Origin: Eledone cirrhosa
Taxonomy: Eukaryota
Reading direction: 5' to 3'
Length of the DNA stretch: 64,000 nt
Assembly: GCA_964016885.1 (NCBI GenBank)
Contig: OZ024740.1
Coordinates: 111,042,001 to 111,106,000, forward strand
Shown here in pieces: positions 59,078 through 64,000 of the stretch. The translations under genes were made by a program, and so were the position numbers. The notes beneath the pieces were generated by a model. The model saw only the letters and a program-made list of their open reading frames with translations, made no database searches and was not told where the DNA came from. Position 1 is the first letter of the stretch, and each line of letters opens with the position of its first letter.

Positions 59078-59600
59078 TAAACGGAAAAAACGAAACAAAA
59101 TTTCATTTCTCACTCTTAGTACGGCTGTTACTTAAATATAAGTATGTATACGTACATACATATATGTATACACACGTACAGTAGTATGTATATATATATA
59201 CATACATGCACACACATATATATATGTACGTATGGATTCACCGAACATTTATTATAATGCTCGGTGTGTTTGTAAACAAACATCCCGTATTAAGCCGTAC
59301 AGTGTCTAGCAACCATCGTTGCTCATTTGTTCAACACTGACAAAGGAACGTTGTACTAGTTTCAAGCTTATTAGCTATCGTCAGCAACTTATACCTTCCT
59401 GCCAGCTGATTGAACGTCTGATTGAGTCGTTTTCTTCCTCGCTTTGTAAATACCATTTTTTCCAAACTGATATTGAGGAAGGTAGTTGTATAAACTAGCA
59501 GAAAAACCACCCATCGGGTGGTTTTTGGCATATTGATATTATACGCAAGTATATATGAAAGTATATATGCATGTAGATATGATACATCAAATAAAATCGT
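59078..59600 (-). mobile_element. Diverged relative of the 469-bp HHR unit
   Basis: Left end AACGAAAC.AAATTTC like 29970/49715; AGGAACGTTGTACTAGTTTC aligns with AGGAATATTGAACTAGTTTC; right boundary approximate. Confidence 0.6.
59350..59388 (-). ncRNA. Type I hammerhead ribozyme
   Basis: Minus: GTTG-CTGACGA-tAGCT-aata-AGCTt-GAAA-CTAG-TA-CAAC. Confidence 0.85.
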
Positions 59601-59881
59601 AATTGACAATATCCACAGAAATTGAACGAAGACAGTGTTACACTCTCTTATGTAATCAGTAGCGTAATCCATGATACATTAAAAAAAGACGATATTATAT
59701 ATAAACTACATTAGGAAAAAGTTAGTGATGGAAATATACGAATGTTTATTTCAGCGATCGCTAACCGGAGGTGTTGACATTTGGAAATGTTAAAGAAGTG
59801 GATCTTTAAATAAGCAATAAAGTATATTTAATCAAGAGCTACGAAGTTTAGTAGATACATTATGTAATATTCATTCATTAT

Positions 59882-60056
59882 TTGCAGTATCGGTAGATGG
59901 TCGGACATGCTTTCCAGCATAGTTACATCCCTTTACGATCTGAGTTCAAATCCCGCCGAGGTTAACTTTGCCTTTCATCCGTACGAGGTCGACAAAATAA
60001 AGTACCAGTAATGTACTGGGTAGTTGCTGGCCTTATGCCAAAAGTAGAAACAATTA
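59882..60056 (+). mobile_element. tRNA-derived SINE
   Basis: Matches the 24045 family. Confidence 0.88.
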
Positions 60057-60632
60057 TTTATTCATTCCTCACAAAAATACTGCATCTCTATGATGTAATG
60101 TTTTTGCATAATAGCCACGAAACTATGTAGTCGAGGATAATGAAGGAATTTAGGTATATTATATTTTTTATTTATATCTAATGTTTCTTCTTTCTTTATA
60201 ATGTATTATATAGCTCTGATATTGAATCAATCTAATCCATTCAGATTATTTTGTCCCTATTATTCATAGAATAACAACGGTTAAGGTTGGCACCACACAA
60301 ATCCAGGGATATATGTGGGTATATGCATATATATGTATGTATTCGCATATGTCTGTGTATTTCTTTGTATTGTTTATAACTCCATACGGTAGAGTAACCA
60401 CTGAAGTATAGTGACTGCTGTTAAGCTTACACTAATCACACTTCTCGCCATCCTAGCCAACTCTTCTACGGCCTTGACATAAATAACCCCTCCGCCTTTG
60501 GTGGTATTTTTCTCTTGGTTGTAAGAGGCTTAGCTCTGTTTCTTGACCGCTGTATCACGTGATAAGTTCCCCCTCCGCCTTACGGGATTCTATCTCGCGT
60601 CCTACGGACGTGTTTTGAAACTCTGAGTGTGG

Positions 60633-60728
60633 TATCCTCTTGATAAGTCGGCAAACCTCACAAAAATACTGCATCTCTATGATGTAATGTTTTTGCATAA
60701 TAGCCACGAAACTACGTAGTCGAGGATA
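60633..60728 (+). ncRNA. Hammerhead ribozyme with U3-A8 core (TTGATAA) and long stem II
   Basis: TATCCTC-TTGATAA-GTcGGC...GCCAC-GAAA-CTACGTAG-TC-GAGGATA; palindromic stem III; GUC site. Confidence 0.8.
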
Positions 60729-60795
60729 ATGGAGGGATTTTGGTATATTATATCTTTTTATTTATATCTAATGTTTCTTCTTTCTTTATAATGTA

Positions 60796-61694
60796 CTAGC
60801 AGTAAAGCCCGGCGTTGCTCGGGGTCGCTCAGTAGCTGTGTTAAAGTTACAATGTTAAGTTTCTTTCTTGGCTTAAAAACTGTAGTGTCTACTGTGCAGA
60901 CTTGCATGTGGTGTTTTTGATTAATATTCCCTCAACCAACAATATGCCTTATGAAGTTAAGAAAACATAACGATAACCCGAATGTTATAACAAAAGAGGA
61001 TGCTGGGGATAAAAACTGCACCGGTTATTTATTAACAAAGATCGAAAATGTAAACACTGCAACGCAGAGAAAAACATTAGCGTAACCAAATTATCAGTTA
61101 TGTCTGTCTGCACGCCTATATCACCTCTCTGCACGACTGTCTGTCTGCACGCCTATATCACCTCTCTGCACGACTCTCTGTCTGCACGCGTATATCACCT
61201 CTCTGCACGACTATCTGTCTGCACGCGTATATCACCTCTCTGCACGACTATCTGTCTGCACGACTGTCTGTCTGCACGCCTAACGAAATTTACAGATACA
61301 TATATTTTAAATAAACTTATATAATTTTTGCTTTTTTTTTACGAAATATTTGCTTGTTTTACGTAGTCTTTAAATATACTTGTTTTCAAGTAAAAATATT
61401 GTTTTAAAAGGCTTCGCTGAGAAAGCCAGCGTAATATTTTTAATTTTTGCACGCAGACGCTCAATGTAAACAGAACAAAGGGAAATAACTGATCACTTAC
61501 GCTCAAAAATCGATACATTATATTCGATTTCGTCACATAGGGCGGGTCAATTTGAAATATTTTTTTCCGATGTCTTCGCTAGGGCTCAATGTACAAGTAT
61601 AGCAATTTCGGTGCAATTCCGTGAGAGATTCTAAGAGGAGATGTGTGCAAAAAATCGATAGACAGACAGACAACCACAGTTTTATATATATAGA
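60796..61694 (-). mobile_element. Non-autonomous Helitron (899 bp) with internal 35-bp minisatellite at about 61100-61280
   Basis: Minus strand starts TCTATA, ends CCCGAGCAACGCCGGG hairpin ...CTAG; inserted between A and T with no TSD, as shown by the empty site in the upstream duplicate. Confidence 0.9.
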
Positions 61695-61885
61695 TTATAT
61701 AGCTCTAATATTGAATCAATCTAATCCATTCAAATTATTTTGTCCCTATTATTCATAGAGCAACAACGGTTAAGGTTGGCACCACACAAATCCAGGGATA
61801 TATGTGGGTATATGCATGTATATGTATGTAATCGCATGTGTCTGTGTATTTCTTTGTATTGTATATATATATATAGATAGATATA

Positions 61886-62478
61886 TTTCTTTATTAGCCA
61901 CAGGGGCACAAAAGAAGGGGACAAATACAAAGGGGGAAGTTTACATACAATAAAAACGTGTAAAATGTTATCACAGATGGAATTTAAAAGTTAGTCGATT
62001 TTCCCCAATAGAGGGAGACAGTTTATATGGGTAACACATACCCCCGAAAAAATGTGCAACCCTCATCTCCAGGAGTACGAAGAGCTTGTACTCCTTTCCT
62101 CTCCTCCTCCTTTTCCTCAATCTACAGGCTGATATAGAGAGAAGGCCCATTCACTCGGGCCATTCTCGCCACTTTCACCCACCTTTCATAAAACTTGCTG
62201 CGGTACAGCACCTCTCTCTCCATCCTGATTCTTCTTCCAAAGTGGTATTTGAAAAAAAGAATCAGTTGTTGGCCGGAGAGAAAGGTGTCTGACCTCAGCC
62301 CTTTCAACCTTGTCCACCATACAACCTCTTTCGCCATAGCTATCACACAAAGGAAAACCGCCTCTCCTTCGTTTTTGAAGGAGGGTGGCGGTTTGATCAT
62401 GACAATGGACTCGGTGGTCAACTGGATTGGTCCCACCCGCGACAATAGTCGTTCTACATATCCCCACAGGTCAGTGAC

Positions 62479-62480
<2 letters not shown>
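61886..62480 (-). mobile_element. 3' fragment of L1/Tx1 LINE (subfamily related to 46123)
   Basis: AMAKEVVWWTRLKGL...ARMARVNG and the shared 3' end CTTGTGGCTAATAAA-like sequence. Confidence 0.9.
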
Positions 62481-62545
<65 letters not shown>

Positions 62546-62558
62546 CGGATAGATAGAT
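62478..62558. repeat. (GATA)n microsatellite
   Basis: Read directly. Confidence 0.95.
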
Positions 62559-63105
62559 GAGACTAAAATAAAATCATTTCAGTCATATTACACCTTAAGG
62601 ATAGCTCAATACAATTACAGACTGAAAACTATATTATGTACACCTTATTTATACAAATTATATTAAGGTGTAATTATGTATAGATATTAAAAGTAAGCAT
62701 TGCAAGCAAAAATATATCCTAAAAGAGAAAATATAATTTTACCTACAAACATTTGTTTCTGCCGAATTGTTTCATTGGGGAAGGAAGATTACTAATTAAG
62801 ATTATCAACCAGTAATGAAGACATCAAAATTATCAGTAAGCTTCAACTTAAAACATACATTACAGTTTAAACAAGGAATATTCCAGTGAAATTACTTTTT
62901 TTTGTTAAAACTCTCGCATATATAAACATATTTTAGAGGCTGAAGCAGCTCGAATAGTTTTATGTTGCCTGTTATTCAAACTATAATTTGACTAATAGAC
63001 ACCGAAAAATGAAAGTAACGATTCAAGACTCTACAGCTTCATATAGTATGTGTAAACTCTACTTTATGTACTATGCGTTTCCTTTTTAAACAAACCTTTA
63101 ACCAA

Positions 63106-63198
<93 letters not shown>

Positions 63199-63202
<4 letters not shown>

Positions 63203-63514
63203 TAGGATTGGTGTTCTGAAATACCGATGTATACATGAGTGTATGTATAGTATATTTGGCAATATACCGTATGTTTAATTAAAAACATTTTGAAGACCTC
63301 ATTTTTAAAGTTGTGAATATGTCACGTACTTCTTTATTCGGCAAAAGAAGGGAGAGAAGCTGACAGATTCTGTTTCACGCTGTTGGCGATCCTCGCCTTT
63401 GCCGAAAATTATAGAAGTAAGTGACATAGTCACTACTTTAAAAGTGATAGCGCAAGGTCTTCAAAATGTTTTTAATTAAACATACATTATATTGCCCAAT
63501 ATACTATACATACA

Positions 63515-63520
<6 letters not shown>
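63199..63520. mobile_element. Inverted pair of a diverged relative of the 310-bp unit with a truncated hammerhead on the minus arm
   Basis: Minus: CGAGGA-tCGC-caaca-GCGt-GAAA-CAGAATCTG-TC, then TACGTGAC.TATTC...AGGTCTTCAAAATGTTT...AAACATAC...TATTTCAGA as in the 310-bp unit; (TA)n flanks. Confidence 0.75.
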
Positions 63521-63574
<54 letters not shown>

Positions 63575-63927
63575 AATATAAATTAGCGAGAGTCGCATTT
63601 CGGCTATTGGAAATTAGCGAAAAACAACTTCCGAGATGTGTGGCAAGCAGTCCATAGATACTAGTGAACTAGAGCAACAACGTACGTTGAAAGGCCAAAC
63701 ACACTGAGACCATGGTTAAACCATTATCCGCAAAGCCATAGAAACGACCAAGCTATTCGGGTCAAACAAATAATAACATATGATTGAAAATTATACCCGG
63801 ACCCCTGGAATCGGTGGTAAAATCCAATATGGGGTTTCTGCAACTCCTAAATCAGGTACTGTCTGCTTAAACAAATAATGTTAAGCTTTTGGTATGATGA
63901 TCGAAAAAGGAAGTCACTTTTTCAACA

Positions 63928-63978
<51 letters not shown>

Positions 63979-64000
63979 AATTGTAATAAGGAACCATATG

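Larger units (their letters stand above)
60067..61862 (+). repeat. Partial tandem duplication of a 589-bp HHR-bearing unit; second copy interrupted by a Helitron
   Basis: CCTCACAAAAATACTGC at 60067 and 60656; copy 2 resumes at 61695. Confidence 0.88.

Overview
Eukaryotic, AT-rich, gene-poor DNA saturated with (TA)n/(CA)n microsatellites. The SINE repertoire suggests a coleoid cephalopod, probably Octopus (inference). Most ORF-track entries are microsatellite artefacts. Real coding remnants are retroelements: several Penelope-like elements (PLEs; RT plus GIY-YIG), CR1-group, RTE and L1/Tx1 LINEs. There are also tRNA-derived SINEs, non-autonomous Helitrons and MITEs. The main signal is a dense set of type I hammerhead ribozymes (HHRs), nearly all with a short palindromic stem III. 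They occur in two near-perfect non-coding tandem arrays (310-bp and 469-bp units, one HHR per unit, retrozyme-like), in a 589-bp tandem unit with a U3-A8 core variant, at PLE 3' ends, and in tail-to-tail inverted insertions in (TA)n. Diverged copies show compensatory base-pair changes. A few minus-strand candidate host exons with a ZP-domain-like cysteine pattern may span the region. All structures were folded by eye; no searches were run.
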